Shown: in pieces, positions 1-8,432 of the stretch
Layout: every line of letters begins with the position of its first letter
Position numbering within the stretch: the first letter of the stretch is position 1
Origin: Myxococcota bacterium
GTDB taxonomy: Bacteria; Myxococcota_A; UBA9042; PHBI01; JAWLBL01
Assembly: GCA_041687695.1 (NCBI GenBank)
Contig: JAWLBL010000012.1
Span: forward strand, 1 to 64,000
DNA length: 64,000 nt
Direction of reading: 5' to 3'
The notes under the pieces: generated by a model
Database searches by the model: none
What the model saw: the letters and a program-made list of their open reading frames with translations, nothing else
What the model was told of the DNA's origin: nothing
Program-made: the position numbers and the translations under genes

Positions 1-143
1 GAACGCGGGACGGGACACCCGAGAGGGGCTCATCCCAGCCCAACTACCGGGAAACGACCGCGAGACAAACCCGGGACGGGGAGCCGGGACAGGACACGAT
101 AGGCACCGGGACGGTTGGCCAAGGAGCGTCCCCAGATGTCAGG

Positions 144-209
144 AGTCCAGGTGTCAGGGTCCATCACTCTTCACTTTGGGTTCGGCGGATATGAACCCTG
201 ACGCCTACC
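144..209. repeat. REP-like palindromic element, family A (AGGTGTCAGGGTCCAT...ATGAACCCTGACGCCT)
   Basis: Inverted arms at 149-164 and 191-206 (2 mismatches). The same element recurs at 1175-1334. It abuts the stop codon of the 205..453 gene. Confidence 0.8.
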
Positions 210-453
210 CTCCAGGGTCTTGCCAATATGCTTCGTCCAGCCCCATTTCAGCTCCAAGCGAGCCAATCTCGGCAAGGATAGAGGACGGCACCGAGGCACC
301 GAATTCGTACAGCTGGTCACATAGGTTCTCAAGAGCGATCCCCCACTCTCGGGAGCGCGTCAGTTCTTCGACGCTCCGGATATCCTCATCTGGCAACAAT
401 TGGCGCAGTGCACTAATGACTCTCATGAGCCTTTCCTCGATATTTCCAGCCAT
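205..453 (-). CDS. MafI-family immunity protein (orphan)
   Basis: 82 aa acidic protein with motif EWGIALENLCDQLYE, typical of MafI-type immunity proteins. RBS-like GGAGAACAGGGA upstream. Confidence 0.7.
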   Translation of the reverse strand: MAGNIEERLMRVISALRQLLPDEDIRSVEELTRSREWGIALENLCDQLYEFGASVPSSILAEIGSLGAEMGLDEAYWQDPGG

Positions 454-464
454 TCCCTGTTCTC

Positions 465-521
465 CTACTGGGTAGAGAAGACAGTGATAGTGCCTTCGCC
501 AGTCGGCTCCACAATGACCTG
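465..521 (-). pseudogene. C-terminal stub of a polymorphic toxin (EndoU-like)
   Basis: Translates QVIVEPTGEGTITVFSTQ*, ending 11 nt before the mafI ATG. It resembles the ...VIVEP.GEG.IT.FP end of bacterial EndoU toxins and is cut upstream by the palindrome at 526. Confidence 0.45.
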
Positions 522-525
522 AGCC

Positions 526-782
526 CAGGGGTCAAGTCCAACCCTGCAAGCAGCCAGCGCAGGTCAGGCCTTCGCGTCCCAACGTGCAGCTCGCGCGACG
601 AGTTCGGAGACGCCGCGTCCGCGCTCTCGGTCATCCGAGCCCGTCTAAGTTAGCGGCTCACCCCGCCCATGGAGCTGAGACGTGAAGGTGTTTGCAAGTT
701 GGGACTTGACCCTTGGGGTCCGTTGGCTTCCGAAGTAGCCGGCCGCATCCAGGTTGTTTGTTCGTTGGGACTTCACCCTGGG
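526..782. repeat. REP-like palindromic elements, family B (GGGTCAAGTCC / GGACTTGACCC)
   Basis: CAGGGGTCAAGTCCAACCCTGCAAG (526-550) is inverted relative to TTTGCAAGTTGGGACTTGACCCTTG (691-715). A third arm, GTTGTTTGTTCGTTGGGACTTCACCCTGG (753-781), ends a few nt from the stop of 788..1150. Confidence 0.75.
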
Positions 783-787
783 CATTC

Positions 788-1150
788 TCAGGCACGATCT
801 CGCGATAGCCTGGTCACGTTCCACCGGCTCCCACGGTACTCAGCCAGCCAACGGGAGACCCATCGGCTGGCAGGGCTCCACGGGTCGTGAAACTCCATGC
901 GAACAGCACCAGCAATCGTCTTTAGCTCAACAACGTCGACTGGTGGCCATGAGCTCAGCAGACTCGGATATCTGATGTAATTCGTCCAACCGAGCCGGAG
1001 CGGTATGGGGCGCCAAGACTCGCCGCCATCCTCGGTAATCATGACGCGCTTTAAGTGGAACGGTTGGTGTGGAATGTCGATCACTTCAGTGCGGTATCCC
1101 ACTCTTGTGGATGTCCAGCAACTCCCACCGTACGCGGAAGAATCCGGCAT
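788..1150 (-). CDS. Hypothetical protein (120 aa) in repeat-delimited island
   Basis: Non-repetitive Trp-rich ORF with a TEDGGESW (BNR/Asp-box-like) motif, bounded on both sides by palindromic elements. Start uncertain. Confidence 0.5.
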   Translation of the reverse strand: MPDSSAYGGSCWTSTRVGYRTEVIDIPHQPFHLKRVMITEDGGESWRPIPLRLGWTNYIRYPSLLSSWPPVDVVELKTIAGAVRMEFHDPWSPASRWVSRWLAEYRGSRWNVTRLSRDRA

Positions 1151-1174
1151 ACGTCACCAATCATGCATCCCGAC

Positions 1175-1334
1175 AGTCCAGGTGTCAGGGTTCATCACTT
1201 CTCACTCTTGGAAGTCCAGGTGCCAGGCTCATCACTTTTCACTATTGGTCCGGCGGAAAGTCCCGGTGTCAGGGTTCATCACTTATCACTTTTGGTCCGG
1301 CGGAGAATGGAATTTATGAACCCTGACACCTACC
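1175..1334. repeat. Three tandem copies of the family A left arm plus one right arm
   Basis: AGTCC(A/C)GGTG(T/C)CAGG..TCATCACTT.TCACT.TTGG at 1175, 1213 and 1259, then ATGAACCCTGACACCTACC at 1316-1334, 5 nt from the stop of the next gene. Confidence 0.85.
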
Positions 1335-1339
1335 TCGCG

Positions 1340-2248
1340 TCAAGGGCTCGGATCGCGCTCCAGAGGGCTCAGCGTCTCTCGCTTGCACGTCACGAAGTCC
1401 ATCACAGGAATCGGGAATCCTTTGCGACTTTTCCCTGAGGAGTAGATGGGCCGCTTACCGAAGCCGGGCCGCCGCATGTTGAACGCGATCGAGATCCGAG
1501 CCGTGAAGCCCTTCGGCTCGAGCCGCGGCGGGGCGAGGGACGGCGCCACGAAGTCGGCCTCGAGGAAGACGGCCTCGGCGCAGGCCGCGAACTCGTCGAA
1601 GCCGAACTCGCGGACCTGCAGGTCGGCCGAGGTCACACGCCCGTCCGCGGTGATCGCCAAGAGAAGCTTCGCCCGCACGTCGCCGTCGTCGGCGCGCCAG
1701 GCCATGTGCCGGCGGTGGCAGTCCAGCATGCGCGGCAACTGCGCCTGATAGCGCTGGTCGACCTCTTCGGGGCTCCACCGCACGGCAGCGTCGGCCGCCG
1801 GGGCGCCCTGCGCGTCGTCGGCGGGCTTCGGGGCTGTGGCTGGAGCTCCCGCGATGGGCCGCCAGCCTTCCGCCGAGGCCTGTCGCCGCGTCAGCTGCTT
1901 ACCGTCCGGCGCCAGCCACTCCCACTCGCCCACGGGCTGTCCAGCCGCGTACCGCCCCCGCAGGCGCGGCTGGCCGTCCGGGTACAAGAAGACCCAATCA
2001 CCGTCGCGGCGGCCGGCGGCGAAGGCGCCGCGGGCCTCGAGCGACCCATCGGGACGATAGAACGACCACGCGCCGGTGCGCGCGCCCCCCTCGTAGAGCC
2101 CCTCGGCCACCTTGCCCCGGTGCACGAAGGTGCAGTGCCCATCCAGCACCAGCGGCTCGTCGTCGCCGAGCGCGTTCGCGGCCGGCGGCGTCCCCACCAT
2201 CACCGACGCGACCAGGGACGCGAGCGCCCATCGCCTACGAATGCCCAC
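1340..2248 (-). CDS. Exported protein with MORN-variant repeats and a TonB-C/AgmX-like C-terminal domain
   Basis: Signal peptide after GTG with GAGGGAGG RBS. Repeats G.Y..G.R.G.W.FY.PDG. C-terminal 'LAITADGRVTSA...FAACAEAVF...F..P'. Confidence 0.65.
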   Translation of the reverse strand: MGIRRRWALASLVASVMVGTPPAANALGDDEPLVLDGHCTFVHRGKVAEGLYEGGARTGAWSFYRPDGSLEARGAFAAGRRDGDWVFLYPDGQPRLRGRYAAGQPVGEWEWLAPDGKQLTRRQASAEGWRPIAGAPATAPKPADDAQGAPAADAAVRWSPEEVDQRYQAQLPRMLDCHRRHMAWRADDGDVRAKLLLAITADGRVTSADLQVREFGFDEFAACAEAVFLEADFVAPSLAPPRLEPKGFTARISIAFNMRRPGFGKRPIYSSGKSRKGFPIPVMDFVTCKRETLSPLERDPSP

Positions 2249-2311
2249 TTGCCCTCCCTCGCGCCTGCAGCAGAAAGCCGATAGGACACCAATAACCGCC
2301 ATTAGAAGCCC

Positions 2312-2430
2312 GCGGGTCAAGTCCCCATCTCGCACACGAGGTCATCGTTCGCCTCATTCGAGGTAGCCGTCCGCATTCAAGTTGTTTGTAAGTTGGGACT
2401 TGACCCCTGGACTTTTGACCCCTGGACTTT
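2312..2430. repeat. Family B palindromic arms at the island's right boundary
   Basis: GCGGGTCAAGTCCCC (2312-2326) and GTTGTTTGTAAGTTGGGACTTGACCCCTGGACTTTTGACCCCTGGACTTT (2381-2430), the latter with an internal 15-bp duplication. Confidence 0.8.
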
Positions 2431-2560
2431 CTATGCCCGCCTCGGCGAGGGTCGGCGCGCCAACGCCGACGCTCGAAGCCTGGGTGAGCGCTCGCTCGAT
2501 CCGCGCGGAGTCGGGCAGCCCGAGGATCAGCTCGACGATGGCCGAGGTGTCCAGGATCAT
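2431..2560 (-). pseudogene. vapC: Truncated VapC (PIN) toxin
   Basis: MILDTSAIVELILG...APTLAEAGI is a classic PIN N-terminus and overlaps the vapB stop (ATGA). After about 43 codons it runs into the repeat element and stops at 2354. Confidence 0.8.
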
Positions 2561-2829
2561 ACGCCCTCGGGCCCGTAGCCGAGGATGCCGTCCTCCTCGT
2601 CGCGGGTCAGACGATGCTGGCGGACTTCCGGTGGGAGGTCGGGCCAAACCTCGCGCTCGAGGTAGTCGCGGAATTGCTTGGGTCCCATGGAGGATGAGCC
2701 ACGCATGCGGAGGCGCTCGCGACGCTCGAGAAGCGCGCGGCGGACGGCCTCCGTACGCGTCTCGCCGGTCAGCTCGGCGACCTCGACCACCAGGGCCTCG
2801 ACCTCGGGGTTCTTGATGTTCAGCGCCAT
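2557..2829 (-). CDS. vapB: VapB antitoxin (Rv0623-like / PSK_trans_fac type)
   Basis: MALNIKNPEVE...LAELTGETRTEAVRRAL.ER...DGILGYGPEGV is the signature of this family. Confidence 0.85.
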   Translation of the reverse strand: MALNIKNPEVEALVVEVAELTGETRTEAVRRALLERRERLRMRGSSSMGPKQFRDYLEREVWPDLPPEVRQHRLTRDEEDGILGYGPEGV

Positions 2830-3109
2830 GAAGCACCTCCCGAAGCAAGACTAGGCGCCGGGGGTGGAAAGCACAACAGAGGGTGGAAACGGCAAGCAGG
2901 GGCAGCGCAGGTGCGGGCTCGAGGGCCACGTTCGAGGGACCTCTGCCGGAGCCGCGGGATGGGTTCGGGATGGCCGGCGGGTCACGACTCTACGGCTCCA
3001 CATCGGCGGCGCGTCAGGATCTCGGGGCCGTCGGGGTCTCGGGAGGGAGTGCTCGAGCGGGGCCGAGAGCAGGCCCTCGGCGTGACGGCTGCGCCTCGGT
3101 GCGCGCGGC

Positions 3110-3718
3110 CTACTCGGCGGTGACGCCGGGGACGATGATGCCGAAGAGGGAGGCCAGGGAGGCCAGGGCCTCGAGGGAGAGGCGGGTGTCCTTCAGGGTG
3201 TTGTCGCGGGGGTCGATGAGGTAGTTCGAGGCCGTGGAGAGGTCGGCGCGGGTCAGGTTGGTGCGGCGGAAGGTCGTGCCAGAGAGGTCGGAGCCGGAGA
3301 GGTCGGCCGAGGAGAGGTCGGCCTCGGCGAAGTCGGCGTCGTGGGCGCGGCAGTCGTGGAGGACGAGGCCGCGCAGGGTCATGCCGGCGAAGGACGCGTA
3401 GGAGAGGTTGCAGGCGTGGAAGCTGGCCTCGAAGCGGAAGCGGGCGGCGTCGGACCAGCGGACGCCGAGGAGCTTGCAGGCCTCGAAGCGGACGGAGCGG
3501 AAGGCGGCGCCCTGGAGCTTGGCGCCCGACAGGTCCGAGTCCTGGAAGGTGCAGTCCTCGAAGACCCACTTGCGCAGGGCGGCTTCGCGGAAGCTGGCGC
3601 GGACGAAGCGGCAGCGGTGGAAGCGCTTGGGCGAGGGGGTGGCCTCGTCGAGGTCGAGGCCGTCGAAGAGGGCGCCGTCGTGGTCGTCGGTGGAGGCGAG
3701 GAGGGCCTCGGGGGTCAT
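3110..3718 (-). CDS. Pentapeptide repeat protein
   Basis: Many A(D/N)L/F-x-x repeats (ADFAEADLSSADLSGSDLSGTTFRRTNLTRADL). Confidence 0.9.
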   Translation of the reverse strand: MTPEALLASTDDHDGALFDGLDLDEATPSPKRFHRCRFVRASFREAALRKWVFEDCTFQDSDLSGAKLQGAAFRSVRFEACKLLGVRWSDAARFRFEASFHACNLSYASFAGMTLRGLVLHDCRAHDADFAEADLSSADLSGSDLSGTTFRRTNLTRADLSTASNYLIDPRDNTLKDTRLSLEALASLASLFGIIVPGVTAE

Positions 3719-3758
3719 GTGGGGCCTCGGCGGGGGACAGGGAACGGTCGGGGGGCGG

Positions 3759-5060
3759 CTAGGGACGGCCGTGGAGGCCGCGGCGGCGGCGCCAGGAGAG
3801 GGCCGCGAGGGACGCGAGGGCCAGGAGCGCCGAGCCGCCGGGGGCGCCGGTGCAGCCGCTGGCGCCCGGCGACCGGGAGCCCTCGGGGTCGGGGGTCGCG
3901 GTCGAGCTGTCGGCGGCGTCGGCCTCGGGGCCGGGCTCGGGGCCGGGCTCGGCCGAGGGTTCGGTGATGGCCTCGGGGCCGGGCTCGGCGGGGTCCTCGG
4001 GGCCGGGCTCGGCGGGCTCGACGGGGGCGCCGACCTCGACGAGGCCGCAGGTCTTGGCGTCGCAGGCGAGCGGCGGCAGGGGCACGGGCTCGGGGGAGTC
4101 GGTAGGGACGCACACCTGGGTCGTGGCCGCGGAGGTGTCGGTCGCCAGGTTCCACAGCTCGGCCTCGACGCACAGCTCGGGCTCCTTGGGCCACGGCAGC
4201 TGGTAGGGCGCGGGGCGGAAGCTGCCCGAGCGGACGATGGCCTTGCCGTCGGCGACGGGATGCCAGTAGCCGATCTTGGGCGAGCCGCCCTCGACCGAGT
4301 CCGTGCGGACCCGAAGGACGTAGTTGGCGGGCCCGCCCACGGCGAGGCCGCTGGGGACGACCTCGGCCGCGAAGGTGTAGAAGTTGGGCTCCTCGTCGAC
4401 ATACCAGCAGCAGACGCCCGGCGCGTCGTCGCAGGCCGCCACGTTGGGGGCCTCGCAGTCGGTGCCGTACTCGGGCCAGGGCCAGGGACTCAGCGTGAGC
4501 TTGGCCGTGACGGCGAGGGTCGGCGCCGGGGGCGGCTCGGCCGGGATCTGGAAGGTCACCTTGCGATCGAAGGCCTCGTAGTAGCACTCCCAGCCGTAGC
4601 CCTCGGGTGGCTCGGCGACCGTCAGGGTCGCCTCGTAGGTCCCGGGCGCGAGGGGAGCGGTCGCCCGCCAATACAGCTGGCGGCGCAGCATGGAGACGCC
4701 CGACGGATCGAACCCCGGCAAGGGCAAATCACCGAGCACCCCCACGCCCAGCTCGCCGGCCACGGGCTCGGTCGCCTCGCTGTCGAGCGGCTTCACCAGG
4801 ACCGTCAGCGCGTCGTAGACCTCGCCGCCGGGCGCGACGCCCTCGACCTGCGCCCAGAGCGCCGGCAAGAGCACCGTCGGCTGCGCGGGCATCCCCTCGA
4901 AGCTGGAGGGCATCCCGTGACGCGGCTGCCACCAGGCGTGCTGGCACTCGGGGACGTACGATTCCGCGAAGCCGAGCCCGCCGAGCGGCCCCGCCAGCAA
5001 GCCCAGGGCCAGCGCAGCGACTAGCGTGCGGCGTAGTACCAGTGTCTCGTGGGCTCGCAT
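3759..5060 (-). CDS. Secreted protein with Pro/Glu linker and MYXO-CTERM-like sorting tail
   Basis: N-terminal signal peptide. C-terminus SGC...hydrophobic helix...WRRRR. Confidence 0.7.
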   Translation of the reverse strand: MRAHETLVLRRTLVAALALGLLAGPLGGLGFAESYVPECQHAWWQPRHGMPSSFEGMPAQPTVLLPALWAQVEGVAPGGEVYDALTVLVKPLDSEATEPVAGELGVGVLGDLPLPGFDPSGVSMLRRQLYWRATAPLAPGTYEATLTVAEPPEGYGWECYYEAFDRKVTFQIPAEPPPAPTLAVTAKLTLSPWPWPEYGTDCEAPNVAACDDAPGVCCWYVDEEPNFYTFAAEVVPSGLAVGGPANYVLRVRTDSVEGGSPKIGYWHPVADGKAIVRSGSFRPAPYQLPWPKEPELCVEAELWNLATDTSAATTQVCVPTDSPEPVPLPPLACDAKTCGLVEVGAPVEPAEPGPEDPAEPGPEAITEPSAEPGPEPGPEADAADSSTATPDPEGSRSPGASGCTGAPGGSALLALASLAALSWRRRRGLHGRP

Positions 5061-5238
5061 GACGCCTCCGTGTCGATCGTATCCGCGCCCGCAGTAGGCC
5101 TGGGGGTGAGGCGTCAGCGTGCCATGCGCAGCGCTGCGGGTCCAGCGGGCTCGAGCGGGGGCGAGGGCGTTTCCGGCGCTGGGGACCCGCTGGGTCAGCC
5201 TCGTTGCCGTCGAGGGTTGCCGCTGGTATGGTCGACCC

Positions 5239-5670
5239 ATGACATTGAACGAGCTCTTTCGAGGCCGGCTGCTCGATCACGTGCAGCTGGTGGTGCGCGA
5301 CCTCGAGGCCAGTCGGCGGTTCTACGAGCCGCTGTTGCGGACGCTGGGTGTCCCCATCGGCGGGGATGGGCCGGGTTTCTTCTGGGTCGACGAGCTCGTG
5401 GTGTCGAGCGTGGACTCGCCGGCCAGCGCAGGGCGGGTCACCGGGCCGACGCACCTGGCGTTCCAGGCGAAGGACCAGGCGGCGGTCGCGGCGGCCTACC
5501 GGGCGGCGCTGGACGCGGGCGGACGGGACAACGGTGCGCCCGGCGAGCGGGCGCAGTATCACCCGGGGTACTTTGCCGCGTTCGTGCTGGACCCGGACGG
5601 CAACAACATCGAGATCGTCTACCACGGGCCGGCGGAGCGGTCGGCGGACGCGGTGCGGATTGCGTTCTAG
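5239..5670 (+). CDS. VOC/glyoxalase family protein
   Basis: LDHVQLVVRDLEASRRFY, HLAFQA, YHPGYFAAFVLDPDGNNIE. Confidence 0.92.
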   Translation: MTLNELFRGRLLDHVQLVVRDLEASRRFYEPLLRTLGVPIGGDGPGFFWVDELVVSSVDSPASAGRVTGPTHLAFQAKDQAAVAAAYRAALDAGGRDNGAPGERAQYHPGYFAAFVLDPDGNNIEIVYHGPAERSADAVRIAF

Positions 5671-5711
5671 CGAGACCTCGTGGGCGGGGAGGCGGCGGCT
5701 GCGCGTCGCGC

Positions 5712-6341
5712 CTACTCGTCGGCCTTGGCGAAGTGGGCCATCTGGGCGTCGTAGGCGCGTTGGAAGGCCGGGCGGGCGCAGGTCTTGGCGACGTAGGCCC
5801 GGATGGCGGGGAAGTCGCCGGCGGCCAGCACCTTGGGGACCCGCAGCGCGTCCGCCATCAGGAGGTCGGCCACGGTGAACCGCCCGGCGGCGAGCCATTC
5901 ACGCTGCGCGAGGACGGCTTCGAGGTGTTGCAGGCGCTGCATCATCCAGCCGTCGAGCGGGTTGTCGGTGGGCTTGGACAGGCCGATGAACCACCACGGG
6001 ACCGAGACCATCTCGATCGAGTTGAGGGCGGCGATGGTCCAGGACAGCGTCTCGGCCTCGCCTTGGGGGTCGCGAGGCATCAACGTCTCGCTCTTGCGCG
6101 CCAGGTGCAGGAGGCAGGCGCCGCTCTCGAAGAGGGTGATGTCACCGTCGGTGAGGAAGGGCACCTGACCGAACGGCTGACGCGCGAGGTGCGCGGGGCC
6201 GCGGTCTCTGAACGGGACGGATCTGCCCTCGTAGTCGAGGCCAGCCTCTTCGCAGGCCCAGCGCAGTCGGATGTCGCGAACGTGACCACGGGGTCCCTCG
6301 GGCACCCAGTCGTAGGTCCAGATGGTCAACGCTTCGGTCAT
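5712..6341 (-). CDS. Glutathione S-transferase family protein
   Basis: QPFGQVP, LFESGA and FTVADLLM motifs. Confidence 0.92.
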   Translation of the reverse strand: MTEALTIWTYDWVPEGPRGHVRDIRLRWACEEAGLDYEGRSVPFRDRGPAHLARQPFGQVPFLTDGDITLFESGACLLHLARKSETLMPRDPQGEAETLSWTIAALNSIEMVSVPWWFIGLSKPTDNPLDGWMMQRLQHLEAVLAQREWLAAGRFTVADLLMADALRVPKVLAAGDFPAIRAYVAKTCARPAFQRAYDAQMAHFAKADE

Positions 6342-6384
6342 GTCGCTGCTCCGTCTGCGCCGTACGCTTGGCAGCCCTTCGCGG

Positions 6385-6900
6385 CTACTCGCCGTCCCAG
6401 TAGTCGGCGGCGAGGTCGGGGCGGCCGACGTAGCGGAAGGGGCGGGGCTGGCCGTCGGGGCCGGGGAGCTGGGCGAGGAGGCCGAACTTGCCGGTGACCG
6501 GGTACTCGACGACCTCGGGGACCTGCTTGGTGCTGACGGCCAGGTAGCGGAGCTCGCCCGTGCCGGTGTTGGTGATCTGGTGGGCGGTCTCGGGGCCGCC
6601 GGGCGGGCAGGCGATGATGTCGCCCTTGCGAATGGGCCAGGTCGCCTGGCCGATGGTGACCTCGCCCGTGCCCTCGAGGACGAAGAACATCTCCTCGTTG
6701 ACGCTGTGGCAGTGCAGGGGGAAGGCGCGCTTGCCGGGCGGCAGGGCGGTGATGTTGTAGCCCAGCTTCTGGGCGCCTACCCGGGGGCCGATGAAGCCCA
6801 TGCGGGCGCCGTAGCGCTCGGCGGCGGGGCCGGTGGGCTCCATGCCGGGGGGCGGGGGCTGCAGCTCGATGTCGTCGACGTTCACGATGGGCTTGGACAT
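6385..6900 (-). CDS. Cupin domain protein
   Basis: P.HCHSVNEEMFFVLEG and PPGGPETAHQITN cupin motifs. Confidence 0.92.
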   Translation of the reverse strand: MSKPIVNVDDIELQPPPPGMEPTGPAAERYGARMGFIGPRVGAQKLGYNITALPPGKRAFPLHCHSVNEEMFFVLEGTGEVTIGQATWPIRKGDIIACPPGGPETAHQITNTGTGELRYLAVSTKQVPEVVEYPVTGKFGLLAQLPGPDGQPRPFRYVGRPDLAADYWDGE

Positions 6901-7178
6901 GGGGCCTCTGCGTTGGGGGCTCGGGGACGCGTCCGAGTCGCTTCAGTGTGGCCGGACAGTAGACGGGCTCATACCCCGGCGCAACCGCCCCGCGGCGGGC
7001 TCGTTGCGGCGCGTTGCCGCGTGTTGCCGAGCGTGGTTGGCGGGGGGGCTCGGGGGGGTGGCATTCATGCCCCATCACGAACGGACGCCGCCGCGGACCG
7101 GGTGCCTGGGAGCAGCCTCGGGTCACCAGGAGGGCGGCGGCACGATGGCGTCGAGGACGACGCCAAGGGAGGACGACG

Positions 7179-8387
7179 ATGGTCATCAGAGTTGCGATGT
7201 TGGCGGTGCTCGTGAGCGTGGTCTCTGGATGCGGGCTGGTCATACAGGCGGTGATGGATGCCACCCAGCCCAAGCATTCGCGCGAGTATGCCGACGTGTG
7301 GGATGACGCTGCCCTGCAGGTGATGGCCGAGCGCGTCCGCACCAACCAGGTCACCGCGGACGACCTGCTGCAGGCGTTGCACGTGTACCTGAGCCCGTGT
7401 GTGAAGCAGCCGCGCGCCATTCCGGTGCCGGAGGATGGGCAGAACCGCAACGGCACGCTGCGCGAGGACGTGCGGCTGGCGGCCGGTCAGGTGGCGATCG
7501 ATGGGCTCGGCCGGATGGTGCTGGCCGGCTACGCGGCCGGCGGAGCGTTCGAGGGCACGTACGAGGCCAAGCGCGTTCGCGACTCCGTCTCCAAGGCGCG
7601 GACCGACGCGGCCGAGCTCTGCGCGCCCGACGAGCTGGCCAAGGTCGACTCCGAAGGCGTCCTGCCAAAGCTGGACGAGCTGATGTCGCCGGAGGGGGGC
7701 AAGGCTCATCAGATGGCGTACCAGTCCGCATCGATGGAGCGGCTCGCGGCGCTCGCGGAGGCCGACGCCGAGCGGCTGGTGAGCTGGCTGAACGAGGACT
7801 GCGCGGTCGGCGCGCCGCTCGGCGAGTGCCTGCGTGCGGCGGGCGCGCGCCTGGCCGCCATCGGCGCGTGGGACGCGTTCCTGACCCATGTGCTCGACAA
7901 GACGCAACCCACGGACGCCTCGGCCCTGCTCACCCACGTCGCCGGTGACGAGGGCGCCCCGCGGATCCTCAAGGACATCCTGGCGCACGTCTATGCCAAC
8001 GACGCCTCGATGCTCAAGAAGCCGCTGGCGCGCGCCGGGCTCTTCGCCGCCCTGACGGAACGCGGTCAACTCAAGGGCTGCAAGGAAAAGCGCCTCGTCG
8101 CCAACCTGTTGGCCAGCCCCGAGCCGGACGCCAACATCGCCGCCGCCCACGTGGTGCGCGTAGAGAAGTGCAAGGCGCTCGAAGGCCAGGTCATCGAGTT
8201 GCTCGGCCACTGGAGCTGGAAGGTGCGCGAGGCCGCGGTGGTGGCCCTGGGCAGCATGGCCAGCCCGCGCGGGGCCAAGGCCGTCAAGGCGCTTCGGTAC
8301 ACCGATCCCGAATGGGACCGCGCCTGTCGGTGCTATCCGGTCCGCGATGCCGCCAAGCTGGCTCATGCCAAGCTCGGAGGCCGCTGA
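7179..8387 (+). CDS. Lipoprotein with C-terminal HEAT repeats
   Basis: Lipobox VSGC after a hydrophobic stretch, RBS AAGGGAGGA, HEAT motif WKVREAAVVALG. Confidence 0.7.
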   Translation: MVIRVAMLAVLVSVVSGCGLVIQAVMDATQPKHSREYADVWDDAALQVMAERVRTNQVTADDLLQALHVYLSPCVKQPRAIPVPEDGQNRNGTLREDVRLAAGQVAIDGLGRMVLAGYAAGGAFEGTYEAKRVRDSVSKARTDAAELCAPDELAKVDSEGVLPKLDELMSPEGGKAHQMAYQSASMERLAALAEADAERLVSWLNEDCAVGAPLGECLRAAGARLAAIGAWDAFLTHVLDKTQPTDASALLTHVAGDEGAPRILKDILAHVYANDASMLKKPLARAGLFAALTERGQLKGCKEKRLVANLLASPEPDANIAAAHVVRVEKCKALEGQVIELLGHWSWKVREAAVVALGSMASPRGAKAVKALRYTDPEWDRACRCYPVRDAAKLAHAKLGGR

Positions 8388-8432
8388 ACGCTTCCCCGTG
8401 GTCGCCGCCCACGCGCGGAGTGAGCGAGGCGG

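Noticed and set aside
1175..1334. CRISPR array
   Set aside because: The repeats abut each other with no unique 25-45 nt spacers, they end in an inverted arm, and no cas genes are in the window.
1..2430. Classical integron (attC) array
   Set aside because: I could not find paired RYYYAAC/GTTRRRY cores at the gene ends, and there is no IntI in the window. It is kept as a non-attC cassette hypothesis.
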